A DNA stretch of 64,000 bases from contig NIVC01002703.1 in the NCBI GenBank assembly GCA_002269645.1, forward strand, positions 53,408-117,407. Reading direction: 5' to 3'. Under the pieces are notes generated by a model, which was not told the DNA's origin, made no database searches, and saw nothing but the letters and a program-made list of their open reading frames with translations. The stretch is from Macrostomum lignano (lineage: Eukaryota). The position numbers and the translations under genes are program-made. Shown piece after piece: positions 11,410 to 23,100 of the stretch. How positions within the stretch are numbered: position 1 is the stretch's first letter; each line of letters opens with the position of its first letter.

Positions 11410-12308
11410 TAGGGATTCCAATCCCGGGATCCCGGGATTGGGGCCAAAAATCCGGGATTTGAATCCCGGGATTTTTTTGGGAATCGAATCCCGGGATTTT
11501 TAATCCCAAGATTGCAAAGTCCGGGATCGGGATCCCGGGATTTCAAGGCCTTAATCCCGGGATTGGTCCGGGATTAGAACAACCTTTCAGTGCCTAAATT
11601 AGATAATTTAAAGTCTAAACGTTTATTTGAATAATAAAACATTTATTTGTTTTTGCTGTTTCTCAATGAAACGTTAAACATTTGCAAAGCTCCTGTCCTA
11701 ATTGAGCTAAAAATTGTTAATGTGAACTGTAAATGATAGATAATTTTAACTTTTTTTCGTTTTCCACCACGAGACGAGACTGAGGGCCTTTTCATATTGC
11801 TTGTTCTGGTTCCAGAACCAGAACCAATTTGTGAAGTATAACTTTTTGTCTCCATAACTAGAGGGAGATACGTGCTATAAAGTTTTTATTATTGAATGAC
11901 AATCGCCAAGAAGAAAGTGAAAAATCGTGCAAAGTGAGGCTGTTAAGGCAGTCAAATATTAACAGAGTTTAATAGTTATACTGCTGTTTTTCTTCGAATT
12001 CCGAACCGATTCTGGTTCTGGAATTGGTAATATGAAAAGGCCCTGAGACTCTGAGAGTCGCAAGACCATGACTACTGCACGCAGCACGCCGCACAGTCCG
12101 TCTTAGGGATTCCAATCCCGGGATTGGGGCCAAAAATCCGGGATTTAAATCCCGGGATTTTTTTGGGAATCGAATGCCGGGATTTTTAATCCCGGGATTG
12201 CAAAAGCACCGGGATTCCGGGATTTTTAATCCCGGGATTTCAACAGCATCGGGATTTCGGGACTATTCAATCCCGGGATTGTAAAATGTCGGGATTTTGG
12301 AATCCTTA
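11410..12308. mobile_element. Non-autonomous hAT-type DNA transposon (composite)
   Basis: TIRs TAGGGATTCC / GGAATCCTTA; perfect 8-bp TSD GTCTCAGA (11402-11409, 12309-12316); many subterminal CCCGGGATT motifs; a second left end at 12104. Confidence 0.85.
11782..12045. mobile_element. Small MITE nested in the hAT element
   Basis: TIR AGGGCCTTTTCATATT / AATATGAAAAGGCCCT; flanked by AGACT on both sides (11777-11781, 12046-12050). Confidence 0.7.
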
Positions 12309-12484
12309 GTCTCAGACCGAATGTCATATTGGCATGGCCTTCATTTATCTATTTGCAAAGCTTTATTTTTGCTCCAGCCAGTGACTGCGAGGGATTTTTA
12401 CCATAGACATCCTTGAGCGGGGAAAACATTTAATGGATGGGAATTAAAGTTATGACAGTCTTCACTAGCATTTTTGCTTAGATT

Positions 12485-12772
12485 TTAGCCTAGTGGTTAG
12501 AGCATCGGACTCACAATTTGAAGGTCGGGAGTTCGATTCCCTACCCCACTATGAACCATTTGTGTCCTTGAGCAATACATTTAACTCTGCATTGCTTCAG
12601 TTCACCCAGCTGTAAAATGGGTGCCAGCATTAGCTGGGGTAACTGAGGGTGTGTGGCGACCCCCCCAGTCCTTGGACTGAACAGCCGTACGCAGCCTTCA
12701 GATGCTCCGCGCAATAGCTGCGGCTGAGCTGTCGGTTGCACATCTGTGTAATCAATTTATTATTATTATTTG
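12485..12772 (+). mobile_element. tRNA-derived SINE family 1 copy
   Basis: TAGTGGTTAGAGC (A box), GTTCGATTCC (B box), CORE-like TGTGTCCTTGAGCAATACATTTAAC...CTGTAAAATGGG, (ATT)n tail. Confidence 0.85.
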
Positions 12773-12931
12773 TAATAGCGGCCGAAAGTAAGAAATCGTC
12801 CTTTAAGTACTTTAAATTGTTGACTTTTTATTCTATCTCATTGATGCACTTTTAAGCGAGTGTTTCGCCCTGTTGCAAACGTAGATTATAATGGTTCATT
12901 GCTCTAGAGATCGATGCTTACGATTGCCAAA

Positions 12932-13371
12932 CACAGATGATACTAGAATAACTGGATGGGCCACTCAGGCATATATGCTAAGTAAACAGCTTTCTACTTT
13001 CTACAACAGAAGAATACATAAGCTATTTTATAAAAATAAAGGCAGCTAAAATGACTTTGATAAGTTTAGAAGCCCAAGCTTACAGGCGTAAACAACTTGC
13101 TAATTGGTTCAGCAATAATGTACATTGGCCAGTCCACTGAAATGTACATAGCAGTTTTAGGCTGGAATTCCGAGAAAGGCAATAAAATTGGGCCGGGGGG
13201 TGGAAAGGCGCTGTTGGAGGGTTTAAGCTCGGGGGTGGGGTAGGACCAAGAGCCAAAAGGCCTTGGCTTTAAAAATACATTAAAATGCTTCAGTTTAACT
13301 TGCTACTGAACTGAAAGTAGCTTACACGCAAATGTGCTGAGTGGCCCATCTAGTTATTCTAGTATCTGTGG
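12932..13371. mobile_element. MITE with about 30-bp TIRs; second copy inverted at 58412-58846
   Basis: GATACTAGAATAACTGGATGGGCCACTCAG / CTGAGTGGCCCATCTAGTTATTCTAGTATC; the interior aligns in reverse complement with 58412-58846. Confidence 0.8.
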
Positions 13372-14723
13372 CTCAGTAGCATAGTATGTTGCAAATCACT
13401 TTGGTATGGAGATACTGGGTTCACTGTAGTGAAGTTTCTCTTTGCCAACTTGATCAAGAGTTGAGATTTTCATTTGTATTCTAGATATCTTTTTCTGATC
13501 CCATCTATAAGCTTGTTCTCTTTTTTAATTTTTTATTTCTTGGTGTAAGTAAATTGCATTTTATTACACTTCACCCTGCTGGCTCCCAACATCCCTGTTA
13601 TAACAATAAAGCTATCTTTGCTTTATTTCGTTTAAACTTGTTGCAACAACAAAGTAATTCGAAAAATCTGTAACTGGCTACTTTGACTGAGACTAGCAGT
13701 AGTATAACTCTATCTATCTAGTTTATAATTCTAGCTGTAATTCTGTATTGTGCTGTAATAATGGAGCTCCTCAAAGTCCGCACCCCTAAATGTATAAATT
13801 GCTGTCTGTTAACTGGTACTATATAATGAGCATTGAACAGATATGAAATAAAATTATCCATACATATACGCTGTATAGCTAGATGGGCACCTGTGGAGAA
13901 ATGTAGGAACAGCTTAGCTATAATTGATAGCCATATGTTAGTTAATTTATATGATAACTAATTTTAAACAAAATGCAGACAGCGGCTTATCATGATTGCT
14001 TTGAAGTCGCAATTCCCCAACAGAGGAATATATGTATATTTATTTATTTATTAATCCTATATGCAGCTCAAACTTCGGTTTGCACCGAGTGCGGCCACGC
14101 CCTGCGCAAAAGAGACGGCAGTGCACGCACGCTTCGCATTGGAGCTTTTAGATTTATTATTACGAAAGTACAAAACAAATACAAAACGATTCAGTATTGC
14201 AATGATTATCACACTTAAATACAACACAGAGTACATGCATACAAATAAAAGTACATTTTAACTGATTTATTATGACAAAAATATTGTTTATAAGACAAAT
14301 AGTTTTAGTCAATCAGGTAAGATGGAAGCAGTTCACAATTTCTATTATCCGAGAAGGGAATACTTGATTTATACTCCAACGCGTACATTTACGCTATACA
14401 GACAGTGCAAAAATGGACTTCAACGGCTGCAAAAAATCAATAAACCGCAGAAAACCCCAACGACTGCATGACTACTAATAATGCAAATATTATAATACCG
14501 AAATAATTTTCATTATACCCGCGTAGTTACATGCATTAAAAGGACTCCTATTTTTCTCTGAAATATAAATTATTCAAAAGCAAGCCTCATAAACAAGCTA
14601 TGGATGAATTGAATGATTACACACAGGGAATAAGCAAAATGGCAAGATCACTACCTGTAAACTAAGTTCGAGCTGGGTGCATTTAACTTTCCAACTTTGC
14701 GGTCAATTAACTTCTATTTAACT

Positions 14724-14960
14724 CAGGGCTCGGTAAACTTTTACCTCGTGGGCCAAATAAAGAATTTGAGATCATGGTCGCCGGCGAGATGAGAGGAATG
14801 GTGAGGGAATAGAGGAGACAAGAGTGGTGAAGTAGAGATGGGAGCTAGGGGAGAGGGAGAGAACATAGGAGAGGGAGGGGCCAGAGAGGAGAGGGAGAGG
14901 CTAAAGATGAGAGAGAAGAGAATAGGGGAAGTTAGAGAGGAGATGGGAGGGGAGATGCAG
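14724..14960. mobile_element. Dispersed repeat with a hAT-like CAGGG..TCGGTAAACT head and GA-rich interior (related copies near 5770 and 23787)
   Basis: The shared head CAGGG(C/G)TCGGTAAACT is followed by purine-rich low-complexity sequence. Right ends and TSDs were not resolved. Confidence 0.35.
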
Positions 14961-15153
14961 ATTGCTGGCCCTTGATTGAACTTCTTGTTTTTATAGCAAA
15001 TTTGAAAGTTATGACCGCGGTATACTCAAACACTTAATGTATAGATGATATTGGCCGGCTTAGAAGTGCCCTTATAGCTGGCCACAGACACGTGTATTGC
15101 ATTTTGCGGTCAGTTTGAGCTTGGGAGAACTTGGCTTAATCCGTGGTTCTAAG

Positions 15154-16790
15154 TTTCTATGATCCAGAGCTCATATTCTATGATCCAGAGCACACATTCT
15201 ATGATCCAGAGCACACATTCTATGATCCAGAGCACACATTCTATGATCCAGAGCACACATTCTATGATCCAGAGCACACATTCTATGATCCAGAGCACAC
15301 ATTCTATGATCCAGAGCACACATTCTATGATCCAGAGCACACATTCTATGATCCAGAGCACACATTCTATGATCCAGAGCACACATTCTATGATCCAGAG
15401 CACACATTCTATGATCCAGAGCACACATTCTATGATCCAGACAACAACAACAACAACAGAGTACGCTGCCAGTTCACAAAAGCAGCGTCAGATGGCGCGC
15501 TTCAAAGCTTAGGCGCGAACAAAAGCCGCACCGCCGGCAGAGTCCAGAGCACAGATTCTATGATCCAGAGCACACATTCTATGATCCAGAGCACAGATTC
15601 TATGATCCAGAGCACACATTCTATGATCCAGAGCACACATTCTATGATCCAGAGCACAGATTCTATGATCCAGAGCACACATTCTATGATCCAGAGCACA
15701 CATTCTATGATCCAGAGCACACATTCTATGATCCAGAGCACACATTCTATGATCCAGAACACAGATTCTATGATCCAGAGCACACATTCTATGATCCAGA
15801 GCACAGATTCTATGATCCAGAGCACACATTCTATGATCCAGAGCACACATTCCATGATCCAGAGCACACATTCTATGATCTAGAGCACAGATTCTATGAT
15901 CCAGAGCACAGATTCTATGATCCAGAGCACACATTCTATGATCCAGAGCACACATTCTATGATCCAGAACACAGATTCTATGATCCAGAGCTCATATTCT
16001 ATGATCCAGAGCACACATTCTATGATCCAGAACACAGATTCTATGATCCAGAGCACAGATTCTATGATCCAGAACACAGATTCTATGATCCAGAGCTCAT
16101 ATTCTATGATCCAGAGCACACATTCTATGATCCAGAGCACACATTCTATGATCCAGAGCAAACATTCTATGATCCAGAACACAGATTCTATGATCCAGAG
16201 CTCATATTCTATGATCCAGAGCACACATTCTATGATCCAGAGCACACATTCTATGATCCAGAGCACACATTCTATGATCCAGAGCACACATTCTATGATC
16301 CAGAGCACACATTCTATGATCCAGAGCACACATTCTATGATCCAGACAACAACAACAACAACAGAGTACGCTGCCAGTTCACAAAAGCAGCGTCAGATGG
16401 CGCGCTTCAAAGCTTGGGCGCGAACAAAAGCCGCACCGCCGGCAGAGTCCAGAGCACAGATTCTATGATCCAGAGCACAGATTCTATGATCCAGAGCACA
16501 CATTCTATGATCCAGAGCACAGATTCTATGATCCAGAGCTCATATTCTATGATCCAGAGCACACATTATATGATCCAGAGCTCATATTCTATGATCCAGA
16601 GCACACATTATATGATCCAGAGACAGATTCTATGATCCAGAGCACACATTCTATGATCCAGAGCACACATTATATGATCCAGAGCACAGATTCTATGATC
16701 CAGAGCACACATTATATGATCCAGAGCACACATTCTATGATCCAGAGCACACATTCTATGATCCAGAGCACACATTCTATGATCCAGAGC
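15154..16790. repeat. 21-bp minisatellite (TTCTATGATCCAGAGCACACA)n containing two copies of a 103-bp non-repeat insert
   Basis: 21-nt period; inserts at 15441-15543 and 16346-16448 differ by 1 nt. Confidence 0.95.
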
Positions 16791-17165
16791 ATAGAACCAG
16801 AAAACCAGCATAGAACCAGAGAACCAGAGCATAGAAGCATAGAATCCAGAGGGGCAGAGCGCTACACTGGTGGCAGCTCTGGGATGCAGCAGCTCATCGT
16901 CTATGGCCCGAAAGTTTGGCTAATGCGAGCAAGGACGCCTGTGGTTTTGAGTTACGAGTTAAGGAGGCACTAACACACGACTTGCGAATGCAATAAGCAC
17001 CCATAACACGGTCGCGGCTCGAAGTGTAGCGCCTCTCGGGATTAAAAAACTGGTAATAAGCTCAAAAACATTGAGGGACTTCGCTTGATCGATGTTTGAC
17101 TTAAAAAAGTTTTTTTCAGATTCATACATGTAGTTTTCGGGTTCTGTTCCGGTTCACCTGCTTAT

Positions 17166-20100
17166 TTAGGGTTTGTGAAATCGTGTGTGCTTTCGGCTCT
17201 CCTCGTGAACTGGCATCTCGTTGGCTTTGAAGTCATTGAGCTCCTTGCGAATTCTGGCCTGTAGTTGTGAAGGGAAATATGTGGAAACAAAGATGATTTT
17301 AGATTTCTCAACCACGAACAAATTCACGTGAATAGCCAGTAGCTATGAATGTATGAGCAATAGAGCACAAATGTACAAATGTAGTAGGACGCCGGGTCCT
17401 TTGAAACTTCACAAAAGCAATCCGGTCCGCTCAACCTTTCCTCTCTAACATCTCCGCTCTCCTCTTCGATTTCATCCCTCCTCTCTTTTCCTCTCTTCTC
17501 CTCTCCCTCTTCCCTCTCCTCTCCCCCTCCTCTGGCCGGCAGTCATGCTCTAGGTTCTCTATCTGGTCCTCGAGGTGCCGACCCCTGATCTGGAGGTTTG
17601 CTATGATTCAAATCTTTCAATTTCTGCTGCAATTTGCTTGGAAATGCTTCTATAGCTACATAATCCAGAGCTCGTCTAAGCCTAGCGTTCAGTTTCACAT
17701 TAGTGTGCTCATATTTGCTAAACTCAATGAATCCACAATTGTGATCCACTCACCTTGTCTGTTGCCGTGAGCCGGGTCCACGGCTTGTCGATGCCGCGGT
17801 CGTACTCCTCGGTGTCCGTCACTTCGACGTAGTCATTGAAATCGATAATTCGCCGCTTCCGCAACTCATGCACAGTTGGCCGGTAGCTGAGCTTCCGCGT
17901 CAGGTACCTGATGGTCTGCTGTCGGGCGGACTCCAGCTCCGCCTCCGAGTCGACGTGCAGAATGTTCCGATTCTCCAGCTCCTCTGCTGTTGGACGCTGG
18001 CTGAGCCGTCGCTCGAGAACGTTGCCAATCCGGCGACGCTCCTCGCGTCGAAGCTGCGACGGCACCCGTTGCAATTGGAGGCCGTTCTTCCTCTCGCGTC
18101 GCTGGTTTTCAAGGAAGCGCGCGAGCGACTCCTTGCGAGTCACCTTGGCGGCCAGGCGGCCGGCCTCGCCCGGCTTGCGCATGATGCCCCGGTCCGGCTG
18201 GCGGCTCAGGTCCGGCTCCCTGGCGCGAACCTTCTCGTATACCGTTTTGCCGCGGGAGCCGCCGAATTCTTCGCTGATGTCATCGTCATCGTCGCTGTCT
18301 TCGGCCACATCGTCGTAGAAGCCGCGTTCTTCGGCGCTCTGTTCGCTGTCGTCGCTGTCTCCGTCGTCGTCAACGACGTTAAACTTGGCGGCGGAACTTG
18401 CATCCACCTGCTGCTGCTCATCTTTCTTGTCTTCTTCTTCGTCATCATCGTCGTCGTCAGCTGGCCGCGGTGGTGGCGGCGGCGACCGGGACCGATTCTG
18501 TTGCGGCTGCTTCTGCCCTGCGATGCTGTCCTTGCCTGCATTGGCGAATTGGGTCAAATGGACCGCGCGACCCGTGTTAGACCAAGGGAAGATTCTGTGT
18601 TCGCTCCGCTTATCAGGAAGCCGCACCCCACCTCCCGGTTTTCTACATGCTTAGGCTCCTCAGTTCCGAAGCGCCCTCCCACGCGATGTGGTATGGTATA
18701 AACTCCGTTCCCTTTCTCTGCAACCGATCTTCATCATAATTGCTTCAGTCCTGTTTTTTTCTTGGTGGGCAATTTGCACAAAATAATTGTTTCATTTTAT
18801 ACAGCCGCTCTTCTATCTATTTAAGTATATAATCTTTGTCTGTTCTTTTGGTTCCTATGGCAGAGAAAGGCCGAGGACGCTGTTCTCAGGCCGAGGCGAA
18901 GCCGAGGCCTTAGAATTGCGTCCGAGGTCTTTCTCTGCCATAGACACCAAAAGAACAGACGAAGATCGTACTTAATCTACAGATATTGGAAGCGACTGGG
19001 AGTGGGAGAGAGGTATTCGTCAAAAGCGGGGGTGTGGGGGGCGCAGCCCCCCACATTTAACCACAGACAAAAATTAAAGTAAAAGATTCGATGCTTAAAT
19101 TAAAAGCGAGAAAGGAAGGTTTGGGCAGCTAGAGGAAATCAGAGAGAACTGAGAATCATGGAACACGACTTGGAACTTGCTTTCGACTGGTTGAATGACA
19201 TTGAACTGAGAGAAAACGAGGCTTCTAGATTTGCTTTACTGTCCGATAACGAGGTTGCTGAAAGAATTGACGCTGCTGTGCCGGAATCGACACGTCGGAA
19301 GGAACGATGGGCACTAAAGCTATTTGACGACTGGTTTCAGGAGAGGCAAACCAAACTGCTTCATGGAGACGCCTGCGGTCTATCTGTGTTTAAGGAGCGT
19401 TCCGAATGGGGAAAATCGGATTGGAACTATCTACTAAAGACCTTCCTGTTCGAGGTTAGAAAAACTGACGGTACCAAGTATAACTCGAGCAGTCTGAGAG
19501 ATGTGTTTAACATGTTGCAGCGACACGTACATTTTGGACTTGGCACTAACTGGAATCTATGGAAAGATGACGATTTTCAGGGTGCTCGAAGAGCGCTTGA
19601 TGCTGCGATGAAGGAGACGACCAAGGAGGGCAACGTTGCTGGAAAGTTTGCTTCTGACCCGATTCCGTTCGACACGGAAAAAGATCTATGGGATAAGAAA
19701 CTCCTTGGTACAGGCGATCCCAAGACTCTGGTGTATACGCTCGTGTTCTATATCGGAAAAAACTTCGCCATACGTGGTGGTACAGAGCTGCACAGTCTAA
19801 AGAGAGGCAGAGATTTGCTTGGAACTACACGATGGCCAGGAAATGTTGGTCTACAGAGAGTAGCGGAGCACGAAAACCAACAACGCTGGGATCAGAAGCA
19901 AGAATCGTCCTGTGAAGGTTGTCATGGCTTCGCACACCCCAGATCATGAGCGCTGCCTTCCGTGCATTTATAATATCTACGACGGCTACCGACCGGAGCA
20001 ATGTAAGCACGAGAACCTCTTTCTGACTTGGTTTCGAAGTGAGTCTGCCATTAAGAGCGGCAGATGGTACCAGAATGGACCTATCGGCCGGCATACTCTC

Positions 20101-23100
20101 GACTTCATTGTGGCGAATATCACCAAGCCCGTGTCTACGGATGGTAAATTCTCAAACCAGTCTCTAAGGAAGACTTGTGCCAGCACGTTGCATCGGGCTG
20201 GACTGGCTAGGGACGATATAGCCCGCGTCACTGGACATTCGTCCAACGCAATTGAGAGGTACATACGGCTAGACGTCCAGGACCATTCGCGTATGACCTA
20301 CGCTCTACACGCCGGAGGAGCCGTGGAGTCCAACGGGAGGACCAATGAGCAAGATGTCGTGTCTGAGGGTACTACCAAGAAGATGCGCATGACTTCCACG
20401 GTGACACCAACACCGTAGAAATCATGTTCGAGTGAATCGGAAAGAATGAATCGGTCGTTACTGCTGTTGATAGTTTATACTTCTAATGGACTAACTGACA
20501 AATTATAGTCGTTCTAAAATGTTCTCAGGCCTTGTTCTTAGGCCTGTTAACCGGTTAACAGGCCTCGTTTTGAGTTCTCAGGCTTCGTTTTTTAGTGAGG
20601 TTTGGCCATAGACTATCGTTCCAATAGAAAAGAAGGAGCCTAGGAATTTAGTGTGAACCGTCATATTTGTAGGTTAAAGTGAGATCATTGCTGGTGATAC
20701 AATGTATTGAGACATAAACTAAAGGTAGAAATGGGGATTTATATGAATTGGTGGAAGGTTTTGCGGTTAAACTTAAGCCGGTTGATGAAATAATTCGGTC
20801 AAACTAAGTCAAATTAATACACACCCTGCTTCGTCCCTAAAATATTAAATATTTGCAGGAGGGTTATGAGATGCACAATGACGCAAAGCGCAAGGCAGCC
20901 ACGCGTACACGCGCTCACACGGGGTGTTCAGACCCGTTTACCGCTCAGTGGCTCTGCCCCCCCCCCTCTTGCATGCAAGTATATCGACCTACACTGTTAT
21001 GAATTGTCTCTGACTCCTGACTCTTGACAGGGGAGCTATATTGTAATTCGATAGCTACTCATTTAGGTTGGGATAGAGTGCTAAGCTGCAACATTCTATT
21101 GTATAATAGATCTCGAGGTATATACCTACTCTAATCCGGAGTTGCATTCGAATCGAATTGCAGCTGAGGATTACCCCGGACTCTGGTCTTCTGGTCACGA
21201 GATTTACCGTCTAAGATTATTTAGATGTAAAAGGGAATAAATGTGCCTTACAAAGCATAGTTCATAGATTAAAATCATTACGGTAGAACTGCAACTTTTA
21301 CTGTAAAAAAATGTGCTTAGTAAGACTCACCATTGACTACTAAGGCTGGCACTACTGTTGCTACCGAAGCTGCTGGCTGATTGAAGGTGACAACCGGCAG
21401 GAACTCCTGCTGCTGCGGCTGACTATGACTAGTAGAGTCTGGAGTGTCAGAGAAGAAAATGTGGGGCTTTGGATTTGGCGTGGCCTGTAGCAGTCACTGC
21501 ACTCTCTCTGCACTGATCAATCTATATTTAACCTGTCTGAAGCGTGCATGAATTTCATTTCGTGCCAATTTCCTGAAACAGTTCAGTTCGGGTGCAGTGC
21601 AGGGGATGCAGGGGAGTCGAGCATTCGGTTGTTGCTAGGCTGTTAGTCAATTGGTTAGAGTCAAAAAGCTACAATTACATATTTGAGTGCCTCTCTTGAC
21701 TTGAAAACTTGGTCATCTAGAGAATATTTTCTGAGATTTAAGCAGCATACAGCTTGACAGAATTTGAGAACGTTGGCTGCCAGATGTGCAATTAAGTGAC
21801 ATATCCAACAGAAATGCTGTTGAATAGTAAAATGTCTGCAAATCATTAGAAAGGCAAAAAAACTGGTAATGACCCTTTAGTTGGTTTGTTAGTTCGCGCC
21901 CAGACACACGCTCACTCAGGATGTACTGACTTTCTCGTCAGGCAGGCTAGACACCATGAGTGAGTCACACGGCAAACACAATCCACGCGTTGCCGCTGAG
22001 CTGATGCTTGGTAAAGTCAAACTAATCCGTTATTGTCCGAATAAAAGTGCATCTTTGCAAGCGTGTGATTCTGCCACGTCATGCCATTTCCCTTACAATG
22101 AATTTCCGGCAACGCCTGCGTCTCAGCTACGCTTTCCCCGAGGCTGATCGGCACTCGACTGCGAGGCTTCAACAGAGCCAAAGCTGCTGCTGGCGCTGCT
22201 GCTGATGCGGATGTTGATGAGGCTGCAGAGGATGCTGAGAATGCTGCAGGTTCGTTTTTAGACAAAAATATAAATAAATACACAGATGGTATACGTCTTC
22301 TTATAGAAATCAGACTCCAAGTAACCAACCATACATAAATAGATTTTTGCTTTAATCGCAAGCAAGGAACGGGTTGGGTTAGCTTTGGTTGTCTGATAGG
22401 AGTGCCATGGTAAGCTGGTTTTAGACTGCCGGGATGCTAAATTTAGACTGAATGCAGTTGCTTTTAGCTCGATCGCATTTGGTTCAAAATAAATACAGTT
22501 GTTGAAATGATATAAAGTATTACTTAAAAATGTTTTTGTAGACCCTCAGAAATGGAACTGCTTCAGTACGTCAAATCATCAGATTTATCAGGTTCGAGTT
22601 TAATGGTTTTGCTACCTGGCCCCACAATTTTGCCCTGAACTAGAGTTTACTGTCAAACAATGTCCTTGCATATGCTTCTCGATTTGCGCAGCAAGTTCAA
22701 CAGTTTAAAAAATAATTTGAACAAATTTGGTCGCAACAGAAGAGACAGTCAACGTTACCAAACCAAACCAATTGAAAAAACACACGTTTAATAATAATAT
22801 AATATTGATTACACCTGCCCCAATTGGGCCAGATGTGCAACCGACAGCTCAGCCGCAGCTATTGCGCGGCGCATCTGAGGACTGAGTACGGCTGTTCAGT
22901 CCAGGGACTGGGGGGGGTCGCCACACACACCCTCAATTACCCCAGCTAATGCTGGCACCCATTTTACAGCTGGGTGAACTGAAGCGATGCAGAGTTAAGT
23001 GTCTTGCTCAAGGACACAAATTGTTCATAGTAGGATAGGGAATCGAACCCCTGACCTTCAAGTCGTGAGTCCGACGCTCTGACCACTAGGCTGCAACCCC

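Noticed and set aside
15154-16790. Repeat-insert-repeat layout resembling a CRISPR array
   Set aside because: Units are head-to-tail without spacers, the two inserts are copies of each other, the context is eukaryotic and there are no cas genes.
17543-17749. 68-aa minus-strand ORF in the last Phactr intron (possible alternative exon)
   Set aside because: No convincing acceptor in a compatible phase and no recognisable homology.
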